Source: Lama glama
Lineage: Eukaryota
Reading direction: 5' to 3'
Length of the DNA: 64,000 nucleotides
Assembly (NCBI GenBank): GCA_028534125.1
Contig: CM052816.1
Coordinates: forward strand, 98,210,001 to 98,274,000
Part shown: piece after piece, positions 63,688 through 64,000 of the stretch
How the letters are laid out: each line of letters starts with the position of its first letter
Numbering within the stretch: position 1 is the stretch's first letter
Notes under the pieces: model-generated
What the model was told of the DNA's origin: nothing
The model's database searches: none
What the model saw: only the letters and a program-made list of their open reading frames with translations
Translations under genes and position numbers: made by a program

Positions 63688-64000
63688 GAGGCTCAAGAGG
63701 TGCCCTCCTTCTAAAGGGTGATATGTACCCCAAACCTCAAAGATATTTATATACTTTATCCTAGTCCCAGTTGGATATTATTCTAAGGGAATTATAATAA
63801 GAAAATCTCATAGATGTATGTATGAAGCTGCTTATAACAACATTGTTAAACAATGAAGTCAATTAGAAAACATACAAATGTAAATATAGAAATAGCATTA
63901 TTTCATGTTGTGATTTGAAAGTACTCCTGCAGCCTCCCTGATGCGCTTCCTTGCAAGAGATGGGACCCTCCCCTTCCCTTGAGGGTGCCATGGGCCTCAT

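Overview
Mammalian nuclear genomic DNA, intergenic or deep-intronic, from a draft assembly with two 500-N gaps. It is not prokaryotic, and no CRISPR array, operon, rRNA or tRNA gene is visible. A tRNA-derived SINE at about 45.95 kb resembles the camelid Vic-1 family, and I saw no Alu, BovB/BovA, PRE-1 or SINEC, so a camelid (alpaca, llama or camel) is likely; this is an inference. I could not support any protein-coding exon: the ORF track is explained by chance ORFs, repeats and N-runs. A large share of the window is interspersed repeat: MIR, L2, old and lineage-specific L1, MLT1 LTRs, hAT MITEs and several ERV LTRs. Repeat-poor, CpG-richer blocks look regulatory, especially 25.9-33.5 kb. The most notable items are (1) a tailless 34-nt U6 snRNA retro-fragment with a target-site duplication, (2) an intact solo LTR carrying a ~23-bp-periodic CCAAT array and an octamer, (3) an LTR with a perfect 12-bp-arm palindrome of TEAD-type motifs, (4) a Hox-motif-dense palindromic candidate enhancer at about 32.4 kb, and (5) an AT-to-GC biased MER20 copy. 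I found no convincing evidence of a wholly new biological system. Repeat family names come from recalled consensus sequences, and most boundaries are approximate.
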